NCBI RefSeq assembly: GCF_000014785.1
Contig: NC_008340.1
Span: 1,320,001-1,352,000 of the forward strand
From: Alkalilimnicola ehrlichii MLHE-1
GTDB lineage: Bacteria > Pseudomonadota > Gammaproteobacteria > Nitrococcales > Halorhodospiraceae
Direction of reading: 5' to 3'
DNA: 32,000 bases
The translations under genes were made by a program, and so were the position numbers. A model generated the notes under the pieces. It saw only the letters and a list, made by a program, of their open reading frames with translations, did no database searches and was not told the origin of the DNA. This document shows, one piece after another, positions 6,308 to 16,219 of this stretch. Each line of letters opens with the position of its first letter. Within the stretch, counting starts at the first letter, position 1.

Positions 6308-8623
6308 ATGACGGACACCTCCCCAGCCGCGGCGGGCGGCACCAGCGGCCGTTATCTCCCCAGCGAAGAGCAGCGCAGGCGCTGGCGCCGGTGGCGTCAC
6401 GTGAAGGACTGGATCAGCAAGGGCAGCATCGCCACCTTCGGGGTGGGGGTGATCGTCGCCCTAGGGCTGATCTTCGTTTACCTCTTCTCCGAGACCCTGC
6501 CCATCTTCGGCGACCCGGAGATCCGGCCGGTGTCCACCTACGCCGCCCCGGGCGGGACCGACTCCGGCCGCACCCTGCATACCGCCATGGAGCGCTACCA
6601 GGAGGTGGCGGTGCGCTTCACCGAGGAGGGAGGCGTCTACTTCTTCCGCCCCGGTAGCGGCGAGTTGCTGGACGAGTACCGCCTGAACCGGCCGGAGGGC
6701 GTGGAGGTGCGCAGCTTCGACGTGGCCGAGGCGCGCACGCGCCTGGTGGGTTACGGCTTGTCCGACGGCACCGCCATCATGGCCCGCCACGATTACGACG
6801 TCAGCTACACGGAAGGGCGGCGCGCCATCACCCCCAGCATCACCTACCCGGAAGGCGAGGGCGAGCCGCTGGAGGTCTTTGCCGAGGAGGGGCTGCCCCT
6901 GGACGCCATCACCGTGCAGCGCGGCCGGCGAGGCAGTGCGGTGGTGGCGGCCAACAACGAGGCCGAGGCGCTGCGCCTGGTGATGTTCGAAGAGGAGACG
7001 GACTTCCTCACCGGCGCGGCCACGGTGGAGCGCAAGATCTACGAACTGCCCTGGCCGGAGGCCGGCGTCGAGGTGACCCAGATCCTGCTGGACACCACCA
7101 TGCGCAACCTGTTCGTGGGCGGTGCCGACGGCCGGCTGCACTTTTTCGACGTCTCCAACCTCAACCGCCCCGAGCTGGTCAGCAGCCAGCGGGCCATCAC
7201 CGGCGAGGGCGCCGAGGTGACGGCCATGGACTTTCTGCTGGGGGCGGCGTCCATGATCGTGGGCGGGTCCGATGGCTCGGTGAGCCAGTGGATAATCACC
7301 CGGGGGGAGGATCGCAGCCGCAGCCTGACCGAGGTGCGCAGCTTCGACGCCCACGCCGCGCCCATCTCGGTGATCGCCCCCGAGCATGGCCGCAAGGGCT
7401 TTGCCACCGGCGCCGAGGACGGCACCGTGCAACTGGCTTACGCCACGTCGGCCCGGACCTTCTCGCGGATCGGTCTGGAGGGCGCCGACCGGGTGGACGG
7501 CCTGGCCATGGCGCCGCGCCAGGACGCCATGTTGGCGGTGGGGGGCGATGGCACCTTCCACTTCCTGGCGGTGGACAACCCCCACCCGGAGGTCTCCTTC
7601 TCCGCCCTCTGGCAGAAGGTCTGGTACGAGGGGCGCAACAACCCGGCCTACGTCTGGCAGTCCTCCTCGGCCACCCAGGAGTTCGAGCCCAAGTTTTCGC
7701 TGGTGCCGCTGACGGTGGGCACCTTGAAGGCGGCGTTCTACGCCATGCTCTTCTCCATCCCCATCGCGGTGCTGGGGGCCATCTATTCGGCCTACTTCAT
7801 GGCGCCGAAGATGCGCCAGATCACCAAGCCCACCATCGAGATCATGGAGGCCCTGCCCACGGTCATCCTCGGCTTCCTGGCCGGGCTGTGGGCCGCGCCC
7901 TTCTTCGAGCGCAACCTGCCGGCGGTCTTCTCCATCCTGATCGTCATGCCCATCGCCATGGTGTTCGCCGCCTACTTCTGGACGCGGGTGATGCCGGAGG
8001 GCATCCGCCGCCTGGCCCCGGCGGGCTGGGAGGCGGCGCTGCTGATCCCGGTGGTGCTGCTGGTGGGGTGGCTGGGGGTGACCGCCAGCCCCTTCCTGGA
8101 GCTGGCCTTCTTCGGCGGCGACATGCGCCAGTGGCTCACCGACCAGGGCATCAACTACGACCAGCGCAACGCCCTGGTGGTGGGGGTGGCCATGGGCTTC
8201 GCGGTGATCCCGACCATCTATTCCATCTCCGAGGACGCCATATTTAACGTGCCCAAACACCTGACCCAGGGCTCCCTGGCGCTGGGGGCGACCCCCTGGC
8301 AGGCGATGGTGACGGTGGTGCTGCTCACCGCCAGCCCGGGCATCTTCTCCGCCATCATGATCGGCTTCGGCCGCGCCGTGGGCGAGACCATGATCGTGCT
8401 GATGGCGACGGGCAACAGCCCGGTGGTCAACTTCAACCTCTTCGAGGGCATGCGCACCCTGTCGGCGAACATCGCCGTGGAGATGGGCGAGGCGGCGGTG
8501 GGCAGCACCCACTTCCGCATTCTCTTCCTGGCGGCACTGGTGCTCTTCCTGATGACCTTCGTGGTGAACACGGCGGCGGAGATCGTGCGCCACCGCCTGC
8601 GCAAGAAGTACAGCACCCTGTGA
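6308..8623 (+). CDS. pstC: phosphate ABC transporter permease PstC, long form with an N-terminal extracytoplasmic extension of roughly 450 aa
   Basis: The C-terminal ~300 aa is a typical PstC permease core (EFEPKFSLVPLTVGTLKAAFYAMLFSIPIAV...EDAIFNVPKHLTQGSLALGATPWQ...). The ATG at 6308 is preferred over the track's 6233 start, which falls inside the promoter region. Operon context is pstA, pstB and phoU. Confidence 0.9.
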   Translation: MTDTSPAAAGGTSGRYLPSEEQRRRWRRWRHVKDWISKGSIATFGVGVIVALGLIFVYLFSETLPIFGDPEIRPVSTYAAPGGTDSGRTLHTAMERYQEVAVRFTEEGGVYFFRPGSGELLDEYRLNRPEGVEVRSFDVAEARTRLVGYGLSDGTAIMARHDYDVSYTEGRRAITPSITYPEGEGEPLEVFAEEGLPLDAITVQRGRRGSAVVAANNEAEALRLVMFEEETDFLTGAATVERKIYELPWPEAGVEVTQILLDTTMRNLFVGGADGRLHFFDVSNLNRPELVSSQRAITGEGAEVTAMDFLLGAASMIVGGSDGSVSQWIITRGEDRSRSLTEVRSFDAHAAPISVIAPEHGRKGFATGAEDGTVQLAYATSARTFSRIGLEGADRVDGLAMAPRQDAMLAVGGDGTFHFLAVDNPHPEVSFSALWQKVWYEGRNNPAYVWQSSSATQEFEPKFSLVPLTVGTLKAAFYAMLFSIPIAVLGAIYSAYFMAPKMRQITKPTIEIMEALPTVILGFLAGLWAAPFFERNLPAVFSILIVMPIAMVFAAYFWTRVMPEGIRRLAPAGWEAALLIPVVLLVGWLGVTASPFLELAFFGGDMRQWLTDQGINYDQRNALVVGVAMGFAVIPTIYSISEDAIFNVPKHLTQGSLALGATPWQAMVTVVLLTASPGIFSAIMIGFGRAVGETMIVLMATGNSPVVNFNLFEGMRTLSANIAVEMGEAAVGSTHFRILFLAALVLFLMTFVVNTAAEIVRHRLRKKYSTL

Positions 8624-8692
8624 GCCCGGTGATGAGACAACGCCAACCCGGACCGTCCCGACCCGGACTGTCAACGAGAGGAATTTGAAGCG

Positions 8693-10360
8693 ATGCGCGA
8701 CTGGTTCAAGCGGGGTACGCCCTGGATCTGGCTCAACGCCGGTGCCGTGGCCATCTCTATCGTGATGGTGGTGGGGCTGATCGCCCACATCGCCTGGAAC
8801 GGCCTGCAGCACTTCTGGCCCAGCAACGTGGTGGCCTTCGAGTACAGCGAGCCGGGCCGGGAGACCCGACAGGTGCTGGGCGAGGTGGACGCGGCCGAGA
8901 CCCTCACCGCCCCGGCGGCCCGGGAGCGGGGCTTCGATGTGGCCGACGACGATGCCCTGGTCACCCGCTACCGGATCAAGCGGGGCAACCGGGACGTGGA
9001 CGGCCGGGACTTCGCCTGGTTCGCCGGCCCCAGCATGTCCGAGTGGAGCTACCCCGAGGACGTGGTGGTGATGGAGCGCCGCCAGTGGGGGGACTTCATC
9101 GGCTACCTGCGCGAGGTGCGGGTGGACGGCGAGGCGGTGGCCCAGGGCGATGAGGCCGCCTGGACCCGCTTCGATGAGCTCTTCCAGGACAACCGCGGCC
9201 GGATCGAGGAGATCGGCCATATCGAGCGGGTGGAGATCGGCGCGGTCAACGCGGCCATCGAGGAGCTGCGCCTGGCCCAGCGCCGCCTGGACGCCGACGA
9301 GACCCTTTCCGAAGAGGCGCGTGCCGAACAGGCCGCCGCCATTCAGGCGGACCGGGATCGCTGGGAGGAGGAGTACGAAGGGCTGGTGGAGCGCCGCGAC
9401 GAGCTGCTGCGCGAGGTGGCCCGTTTCTCGCTGCTGATGGAGACCGCCTCCGGCGAGCAGGTGGAGATCGCCATGGGCGACGTGGTGAAGCCCTGGCGGC
9501 CCAACGCCATGGGCGTGGGCGAGAAGATGGCCTTCTACGTGCGCGACTTCTGGGACTTCGTCACCGGCTACCCCCGCGAGGCCAACACCGAGGGGGGCAT
9601 CCTGCCGGCCATCTTCGGCACGGTGCTGATGACCATCGTCATGGCCATCTTCGTCACCCCCTTCGGGGTGCTGGCGGCCATCTACCTGCGGGAGTACGCC
9701 AAGCAGGGGCCGCTCACCCGCACCATCCGCATCGCGGTGAACAACCTGGCCGGGGTGCCCTCCATCGTCTTCGGCGTCTTCGGGCTGGGTTTCTTTGTCT
9801 ACTTCGTGGGCGGGGGTATCGACCAGCTCTTCTACGGCGAGCGGCTGCCGTCGCCCACCTTCGGCAAGGGCGGGGTGCTCTGGGCCTCGCTGACCCTGGC
9901 GCTGCTGACCCTGCCGGTGGTCATCGTGGCCACGGAGGAGGGGCTGTCCCGCATCCCCGGCTCCATCCGCCACGGGGCGCTGGCCCTGGGCGCCACTAAG
10001 AGCGAGATGCTCTGGCGCACGGTGGTGCCCCTGGCCACGCCGGCGATGATCACCGGGCTGATCCTGGCCGTGGCCCGGGCGGCGGGGGAGGTGGCGCCGC
10101 TGATGCTGGTGGGCGTGGTGAAGTTGGCCCCGCAGCTGCCGGTGAGCGGCGACTTCCCCTTCGTGCACCTGGAGCGCAGCTTCATGCACCTGGGCTTCCA
10201 CATCTTCGACGTGGGCTTCCAGAGCCCCAACGTGGAGGCTGGCCGGCCGCTGGTCTACGCCACCGCGCTGATCCTGCTGATGGTCATCGTGGTGCTGAAC
10301 CTCTCCGCCATCTCCATCCGCAACTACCTGCGCGAACGCTACAAGGCGCAGAGCGACTGA
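8693..10360 (+). CDS. pstA: phosphate ABC transporter permease PstA, long form
   Basis: 555-aa ORF with a GAGAGGA SD. The C-terminal permease core is typical ([48 protein letters not shown]) and it sits between pstC and pstB. Confidence 0.9.
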   Translation: MRDWFKRGTPWIWLNAGAVAISIVMVVGLIAHIAWNGLQHFWPSNVVAFEYSEPGRETRQVLGEVDAAETLTAPAARERGFDVADDDALVTRYRIKRGNRDVDGRDFAWFAGPSMSEWSYPEDVVVMERRQWGDFIGYLREVRVDGEAVAQGDEAAWTRFDELFQDNRGRIEEIGHIERVEIGAVNAAIEELRLAQRRLDADETLSEEARAEQAAAIQADRDRWEEEYEGLVERRDELLREVARFSLLMETASGEQVEIAMGDVVKPWRPNAMGVGEKMAFYVRDFWDFVTGYPREANTEGGILPAIFGTVLMTIVMAIFVTPFGVLAAIYLREYAKQGPLTRTIRIAVNNLAGVPSIVFGVFGLGFFVYFVGGGIDQLFYGERLPSPTFGKGGVLWASLTLALLTLPVVIVATEEGLSRIPGSIRHGALALGATKSEMLWRTVVPLATPAMITGLILAVARAAGEVAPLMLVGVVKLAPQLPVSGDFPFVHLERSFMHLGFHIFDVGFQSPNVEAGRPLVYATALILLMVIVVLNLSAISIRNYLRERYKAQSD

Positions 10361-10448
10361 GGCCCGGACCGGGTCGACGAATCCGGTCGCCGGAAGGGCG
10401 GCCGCAGGGGCCGGAAGGCCCGATAACGAATTCACGGAGTACCGAGCC

Positions 10449-11306
10449 ATGGTGAGCACGATGATGAACGAACAGCAACAGGGTGGCATGACCCACGGCT
10501 ACAACGTCGAGGCGCTGAAAAACAAGCCCAAGTCCAAGCCGGGCAAGGCCACCGACACCTGCTTGGAGGTGAGCGACCTGCAGCTCTGGTACGGGCAGGA
10601 CAAGGTGTTGAAGGGCGTCGACATGGAGATCCCACGGGGGCGGATTACCGCCTTTATCGGCCCTTCCGGCTGCGGCAAGTCCACCCTGCTGCGCTGCTTC
10701 AACCGCATGAACGACCTGATCGACAACTGCCGCATCGAGGGCCACATCCGCATCGACGGCGAAGACATCTACGACCGCCGGGTGGACATCCCCGAGCTGC
10801 GCCGCCGGGTGGGCATGGTCTTCCAGAAGCCCAACCCCTTCCCCAAGTCCATCTACGAGAACGTGGCCTACGGCCTGCGCCTGCAGGGCGTGCGCAACCG
10901 GCGGGTGCTGGACGAGGTGGTGGAGCGCTCCCTCAAGCGCGCCGCTCTGTGGGACGAGGTGAAGGACCGCCTGCACGAGAACGCTTTGGGCCTGAGTGGC
11001 GGTCAGCAGCAGCGGCTGGTAATCGCCCGCGCCGTGGCGGTGGAGCCGGAGGTGCTGCTGCTGGACGAGCCCGCCTCCGCCCTGGACCCGCTGGCCACGC
11101 TGAAGATCGAGGAGCTGATGTTCGAGCTCAAGGAGGAGTACACCATCGCCATCGTCACCCACAACATGCAGCAGGCGGCCCGGGTGTCCGATTACACCGC
11201 CTTCATGTACCTGGGGGAACTGGTGGAGTTCAACGACACCGACACCCTGTTCACTACCCCGGCGAAGAAGCAGACCGAGGACTACATTACCGGTCGCTAT
11301 GGTTGA
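10449..11306 (+). CDS. pstB: phosphate import ATP-binding protein PstB
   Basis: Walker [13 protein letters not shown] signature LSGGQQQR, Walker B LLLDEP, and the PstB-typical NRMNDLI and [19 protein letters not shown] tail. Confidence 0.95.
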   Translation: MVSTMMNEQQQGGMTHGYNVEALKNKPKSKPGKATDTCLEVSDLQLWYGQDKVLKGVDMEIPRGRITAFIGPSGCGKSTLLRCFNRMNDLIDNCRIEGHIRIDGEDIYDRRVDIPELRRRVGMVFQKPNPFPKSIYENVAYGLRLQGVRNRRVLDEVVERSLKRAALWDEVKDRLHENALGLSGGQQQRLVIARAVAVEPEVLLLDEPASALDPLATLKIEELMFELKEEYTIAIVTHNMQQAARVSDYTAFMYLGELVEFNDTDTLFTTPAKKQTEDYITGRYG

Positions 11307-11398
11307 CCGGATAAGGGTCGCCGGGGAGGGGGCAGCGGAATCGAGGCCGCCAAGACAGAGGCACCAAGATAGGTTGGCCATTAGAGGGCGTCGAAGTC

Positions 11399-11529
11399 GG
11401 TGGTGCCGGGCTGCGGGGGCGGTTCGTCGTTCATGGGGTGTAGGCGGCATGGATGCCGCCTTCAAGCGTACAGGGATGTATTCACAGCGTCCCCATGAAC
11501 GACGAACCGCCCCGCAGTCCGGCACCACC
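11399..11529. repeat. 131-bp MITE/REP-like inverted-repeat element between pstB and phoU
   Basis: The arms are about 39 nt: GGTGGTGCCGGGCTGCGGGGGCGGTTCGTCGTTCATGGGG at 11399-11438 and its reverse complement at 11491-11529, with one mismatch and a 1-nt indel in a G run. The 52-nt centre holds a smaller hairpin (GGCGGCAT..ATGCCGCC). Confidence 0.7.
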
Positions 11530-11573
11530 CAACCCAAGCCGCCATAGCTACAGTCAATACAGGTCGAACCACC

Positions 11574-12296
11574 ATGGACAACAACTTTTTCCAGCAACAC
11601 ATCTCCCAACAGTTCAACGAAGAACTGGAAGACATCCTCCGGAAAGTCATGACCATGGGCGGCCTCGTCGAGCAGCAGCTCGCCGACGGCGTGGCGGCCC
11701 TGGTCGAAGGCGACAGCGCCAAGGCCGAAAAGGTGATCACCAGCGACTACCGGATCAACGACCTGGAAGTGGCGCTGGACGACGAGTGCAGCCACATAAT
11801 CGCCCGCCGTCAACCCACCGCCACCGACCTGCGTCTGCTGATCGCCGTGATCAAGGCTATCACCGACCTGGAGCGCATGGGCGACGAGGCCGAGCGCATC
11901 GGCCGCATGGCCCTGCACCTGCTGGAGCGGGACCGCAACCACAGCCCCGTCGACGAACTGGCCGTGCTGGGCGAGCATGTCCGCCAGATGCTGCGCGGCG
12001 CTCTGGACGCCTTCGCCCGCATGGACCCCGACCAGGCCGTCCGCGTTGCGCAGCAGGACATCCAGGCGGACAGCCAGTACGAACAGATCATGCGCGAATT
12101 GATGAACTACATGGCCGAGGAACCGGCCTCCATCCCGCGCATCATGGACATCGTCTGGTCCGCCCGCGCCCTGGAGCGCATCGGCGACCGCTCACGCAAC
12201 ATTTGTGAATACGTCGTCTACTGCGTCAAGGGCAAGGACGTGCGCCACACCAGCTTCGACCAGATGGCGGAGCAGGCCACGGGGGACCGGCGTTAG
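11574..12296 (+). CDS. phoU: phosphate signalling complex protein PhoU
   Basis: MDNNFFQQHISQQFNEELEDILRKVMTMGGLVEQQL...ARRQPTATDLRLLIAVIKAITDLERMGDEAERI matches the PhoU pattern closely. Confidence 0.95.
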   Translation: MDNNFFQQHISQQFNEELEDILRKVMTMGGLVEQQLADGVAALVEGDSAKAEKVITSDYRINDLEVALDDECSHIIARRQPTATDLRLLIAVIKAITDLERMGDEAERIGRMALHLLERDRNHSPVDELAVLGEHVRQMLRGALDAFARMDPDQAVRVAQQDIQADSQYEQIMRELMNYMAEEPASIPRIMDIVWSARALERIGDRSRNICEYVVYCVKGKDVRHTSFDQMAEQATGDRR

Positions 12297-12465
12297 TCGC
12301 GAACCCACGCGGAGAGAGTCAGTCGTTGCCGTCCGGGCAATGAGGCAGCGGCAGCGCCGTGCCCGTCCGGTGCTGGACCGCACAGGGGCATGGTAGATCC
12401 ATGGCTGTTATGCCACAGGTGGTCGGCCCGACGGGGCGGTACGGGGCCCGAGCCGGTCATTTCCG

Positions 12466-13476
12466 CTACAGGCCGTACTTGGGCGGGAAGTAGGACAGCG
12501 GGGGCTCGCGGTTCAGCCACTCCTCGGCGAGTTCTTCGGCTTCGGCGATTTCATCTTCGGTCATGCGGTCGCGTTCTCGCCCAAGAATGCCCTCGGCCGT
12601 GCTATCTCGCGTCTCTTCATAAACCGCGTGAAGTATGGCCCAACCCTTGACCGTGTCATCTGCGTCGTCCGGGCAGAAATCCGCCCAGGTATTATCCAGG
12701 TAGCACCAGCCAACGGCGAGACGACCGCTGATATGGCCATGTCGGGAACTTTTTTTCGTCCATTTCCAGTCTTCGTTATACCGCTCCTGATCCCGCAAGG
12801 CTAGGGACAGGTTGTACATCCCCGGGGCGTAGCCCTGCTCGGCGGCCTTGCGGAACCAGGGCTCGGCGGCCTTGACGTCTTCCAGCGGCGGGGGCCATTC
12901 GCCGGAGCGCTCCTGAATACGACTCGCCCACAGGTCTTGTGCCTGTGGGAGGCCCGCCCTGGCAGCGTTGCGTAACCAGTTCCGACCCTCTTCCACCTCC
13001 TCCAGCGCAACATAGATCGAATACAGTGCAAGCATGGCATCCGGATCCCCTTCCTCGGCTTTGGGGAGTTCCTGGCCCAGGGCCATTTCTGCCCAGGTGT
13101 CATGCTCTTCGGGGCAGATGTCGGCCAGCTCGCAGATCATGCCCCAATTCAGACGAAGCATGGCGTAGGGATCCCCGCCCTCCGCCGCGCGGTGGTACCA
13201 GTCGATGGCCTCGTGGGACATGCCACGGTCCATAAAGCGGTAGATCTCGCCAAGGGTGTACATGGACTCAACATCGCCGGCCTCGGCGGCCTTTTCCAGG
13301 TGGTGGATGGCCACGCTGCGCCAGCGGATGCCGTACAGGCGCATGCCTTCTTCCTTGGCCTGTTGTTGCTCGGCATCGAGCTCTGGGGATGTTGTGTCTT
13401 CGCCTTTGTTGGCTTGAGCCGTCCCGGCCCATAAGCCAACGATCAAGAGGAAAACCATTGTTCTTGTGCAGGGCAT
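12466..13476 (-). CDS. periplasmic Sel1-like repeat protein, putative T6SS immunity protein (distal/orphan copy)
   Basis: The track ORF 12466..13803 is over-extended. The ATG at 13476 gives the signal peptide MPCTRTMVFLLIVGLWAGTAQA; alternative starts are 13524 and 13458. SLR units are present (AIDWYHRAAEGGDPYAMLRL, GRNWLRNAARAGLPQAQ, AEPWFRKAAEQGYAPGMYNL). It is a paralog of 15156..16169. Confidence 0.8.
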   Translation of the reverse strand: MPCTRTMVFLLIVGLWAGTAQANKGEDTTSPELDAEQQQAKEEGMRLYGIRWRSVAIHHLEKAAEAGDVESMYTLGEIYRFMDRGMSHEAIDWYHRAAEGGDPYAMLRLNWGMICELADICPEEHDTWAEMALGQELPKAEEGDPDAMLALYSIYVALEEVEEGRNWLRNAARAGLPQAQDLWASRIQERSGEWPPPLEDVKAAEPWFRKAAEQGYAPGMYNLSLALRDQERYNEDWKWTKKSSRHGHISGRLAVGWCYLDNTWADFCPDDADDTVKGWAILHAVYEETRDSTAEGILGRERDRMTEDEIAEAEELAEEWLNREPPLSYFPPKYGL

Positions 13477-13534
13477 TACCGATACCTCTGTTGGGCCTTC
13501 GCAAACCGCCCGTTGTCGTCGCATGCCTTCCTTT

Positions 13535-15151
13535 CTACTGAATGTGGCGGGAAAGCCAGCCGGCATTCTGTCTGTATTTCCTTTGCATATCGGATTGCTC
13601 AGGGGTAGCGCGGCCCCCTGATATGAACTGATCCAGCCGCCCTCGGTTCTCGGCATACGCATCGGCCCTCGATGCGTCGGTAGGCTGTCCGTCTCGGGCC
13701 ATGCGCACCACGGCCTTTTCAAACAACTTTTGCGCCGGGTTCGGGTGCTCTGCGGAGAACTCGCGCCGGGGCCCGTAGACGCCGGCCAGGACGCCGGAGA
13801 CAATCCATTGCAGGCAGTTGAGGATCGCCCGCTGGTGGAATCCTCGTGCTTGCTCCACGTTGTATTGGTTCTCCTCCACCTCGAACGCCTGCGGCTGACT
13901 GGTCAGGGTATAAAGCAGCGGCCCGAGGGCCTCGGGCGGCAGTTGGCGCACCCAGGCGCGCAGTTGCTGGACGCGCTTGTGGTGTTCCCGACTGGCCTCC
14001 GGGTCATACCGGAGGTTGGGCGGTTCCTCGGCGGCGAGTTCGTAGGCGATCCGGCTGGCCATGTCCCGCTCCCGGGTGAACCATTCGATCAGCTGGCGCA
14101 GGCGGTGGGTGCCGCGCAGCAGGAGCAGGGCGGGTTCGACCAGGGTGATGGCGGCGAGGTAGGCCAGGCGGCTCATCTCCTCGAAGGCGTCTTCGTCGAT
14201 CCAGTCGACGCGCTCGTAGCCGACCTCCACCAGCGCCTGGTGCATCATGGCGAGCCAGAGGTCGAGGTGGCGGGTGTCGAGGGCCAGGCGCACGCTGCCC
14301 CCGCCGCCGACGCCGAGCACCAGGCGCAGGGAGGCGTGCAGCACGAAGCGGCCGTTGTGCAGGCCGAGCCGGAAGGCGGCCTCGCCGCCGACCCCGACGC
14401 GTACTTCGGGGTTGATCTCGGCACGGGTCAGGGTTTTCCACTGGCGGGCCTCGTCCCGGGCGTAGCCCGCGCGGTCGATCTCGGCCATGGCCTGGTAGCG
14501 CGGCAGGCGCGCGAGCAGGTTCGCCGGCGGCTGCCAGAGCAGACGGCAGTGGTTGTGGCCGGCCAGTCCGGTGCCGGCGAAGGCCTCCAGTCGGGCATCG
14601 ACGCCGTCGCGCTCCACGGGGGCGAGGCCGTTGACGGCGAGACGGCCCCCGGCGGTGTCGAGCCCGACGCCGCCGCCCAGCGCCACGGAGACGGCGGCAT
14701 GGCCGTGGAGCACGGGCTCGATGTGCAGGCAGTAGCGGCCGATGGAGCGGGCATCGGGGTGATTGGCATCAAGGCCGAAGGGGACGATGACCGGCTCCGC
14801 CTTGGCGGGATCGGGCAGCTGGATGGGCGCGAGGGCGATCTCGCCACGGCCGAAGTCGAAGGCGTGCTGGCCCTGCGTTCGCAGCGGCGTCGTCGCGCCG
14901 TTGGCCCCGGGCTCCACGGTGGGAACGATGACGTGACCGTCCAGGGCCAGGCTGGGGGTGACCGCGAAACTCTGCCCGGATTGGCCGGGACCGGTGCCGA
15001 CGGCGTCGTCATGGCGGGCGGTGATCCCGATGCGGACGCCGTTTCCGGAGGCATCGTGCTCCGGGTCGGCCTGCGCCAGGGATTCGGGCAGGCGGCAACT
15101 ATTCCAAGGGAGCCAACCGGTCCGGGCGGTGACCTGCCAAAACAGGAGCAT
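13535..15151 (-). CDS. orphan effector C-terminal module, homologous to the C-terminal ~45% of the upstream T6SS effector and lacking the N-terminal region
   Basis: 538-aa ORF that starts 4 nt after the stop of the proximal immunity gene. From about residue 12 it aligns with the effector (LAQADPE.. vs VAQAEPE..). About 830 nt (14042-14872) is nearly identical to 16688-17518, and the tail is diverged. Confidence 0.75.
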   Translation of the reverse strand: MLLFWQVTARTGWLPWNSCRLPESLAQADPEHDASGNGVRIGITARHDDAVGTGPGQSGQSFAVTPSLALDGHVIVPTVEPGANGATTPLRTQGQHAFDFGRGEIALAPIQLPDPAKAEPVIVPFGLDANHPDARSIGRYCLHIEPVLHGHAAVSVALGGGVGLDTAGGRLAVNGLAPVERDGVDARLEAFAGTGLAGHNHCRLLWQPPANLLARLPRYQAMAEIDRAGYARDEARQWKTLTRAEINPEVRVGVGGEAAFRLGLHNGRFVLHASLRLVLGVGGGGSVRLALDTRHLDLWLAMMHQALVEVGYERVDWIDEDAFEEMSRLAYLAAITLVEPALLLLRGTHRLRQLIEWFTRERDMASRIAYELAAEEPPNLRYDPEASREHHKRVQQLRAWVRQLPPEALGPLLYTLTSQPQAFEVEENQYNVEQARGFHQRAILNCLQWIVSGVLAGVYGPRREFSAEHPNPAQKLFEKAVVRMARDGQPTDASRADAYAENRGRLDQFISGGRATPEQSDMQRKYRQNAGWLSRHIQ

Positions 15152-15155
15152 TCCG

Positions 15156-16169
15156 CTACAGGCCGTACTTGGGCGGGAAATAGGACAGCGGGGGCTCGCG
15201 GTTCAGCCACTCCTCGGCGAGTTCTTCGGCTTCGGCGATTTCTTCGTCGCTGAGAAGATCCGAAAACTCCTCCATATACCAGCGAGCATCATCATGGCGA
15301 GTTTCTTCGTACGCTGCATGAAGGATGGCCCAGCCCTTGATCGGATCGCTGTCATTGGGGCAGTAAGGCCGGTCCTCGGGCTTGAGATGGCACCGACCGT
15401 AAGTCACTCGATTATTTACATAGCCATGCTCGGACCCGCGCACGACCCATTTCCATGAGCCCTCGACGTCGTCCTGTCGCCAGAGATTGCCGGCCAGGTT
15501 ATTCATAGCCGGGGCATACCCTTGTTCGGCCGCCTTGCGGAACCAGGGCTCGGCGGCCTGCACGTCTTCCAGCGGCGGGGGCCACTCGCCGGAGCGTTCC
15601 TGAATACGACTCGCCCATAGGTCTTGTGCCTGTGGGAGGCCCGCCCTGGCAGCGTTGCGCAACCAGTTCCGACCTTCTTCAACATCTTCTAGCGCAACAT
15701 AGATCGAATACAGTGCAAGCATGGCATCCGGATCCCCTTCCTCCGCTTTGGGGAGTTCCCGGTCCAGAGCCATTTCTGCCCAGGAGTCATGCTCTTCGGG
15801 GCAGATGTCGGCCAGCTCGCAGATCATGCCCCAATTCAGACGGAGCATGGCGTAGGGATCCCCGCCCTGCGCCGCGCGGTGATACCAGTCGATCGCTTCG
15901 CGGGACATACCCCGGTCCAGCAGCCGGTTGGCCTCGCCCAGGTAGTACATGGCCTCGACATCACCGGCCTCGGCCGCTTTTTCCAACGGGGGCTGCATGT
16001 CGATCCATTCATGCAGGCCCCACAGGCGCATGCCTTCTTCCTTGGCTTGATGGAGGGGTTCGTCAAGGCTGAGCTCAGAGGTGGCACTGGCCGGTATCAA
16101 CGAACTCCCCACTGCTATCAGAAATGCTGGAAGCCAGAAACGTGTGACGCTTTTGCCGATGAGAGACAT
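15156..16169 (-). CDS. periplasmic Sel1-like repeat protein, putative cognate T6SS immunity protein (proximal copy)
   Basis: The ATG at 16169 has an AAGGA SD and gives a signal peptide (MSLIGKSVTRFWLPAFLIAVGSSLIPASA). The track start at 16211 is a GTG. It has SLR units and lies immediately downstream of the effector stop at 16220. Confidence 0.8.
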   Translation of the reverse strand: MSLIGKSVTRFWLPAFLIAVGSSLIPASATSELSLDEPLHQAKEEGMRLWGLHEWIDMQPPLEKAAEAGDVEAMYYLGEANRLLDRGMSREAIDWYHRAAQGGDPYAMLRLNWGMICELADICPEEHDSWAEMALDRELPKAEEGDPDAMLALYSIYVALEDVEEGRNWLRNAARAGLPQAQDLWASRIQERSGEWPPPLEDVQAAEPWFRKAAEQGYAPAMNNLAGNLWRQDDVEGSWKWVVRGSEHGYVNNRVTYGRCHLKPEDRPYCPNDSDPIKGWAILHAAYEETRHDDARWYMEEFSDLLSDEEIAEAEELAEEWLNREPPLSYFPPKYGL

Positions 16170-16219
16170 GGCGCTGTTCCTTTGCTTGCGCAATTCAAAA
16201 TACGGTCCCACTGTAAAAC

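Noticed and set aside
6461-10489. A 1342-aa minus-strand ORF spanning pstC and pstA
   Set aside because: It is antisense to two genes with unmistakable Pst permease sequence. The translation is low-complexity (rich in G, H, R, A, P, Q and D), which is typical of stop-free shadow frames in high-GC DNA.
10284-11978. A 564-aa minus-strand ORF across pstB and phoU
   Set aside because: It is antisense to pstB and phoU and crosses the intergenic repeat. It has shadow-ORF composition and no recognisable domain.
12297-12465. Island boundary regions (12297-12465 and 22396-22526) searched for direct repeats, att sites or tRNA fragments
   Set aside because: I could see no shared repeat between the two boundaries and no tRNA-like sequence. 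The insertion mechanism of the vgrG island remains unknown.
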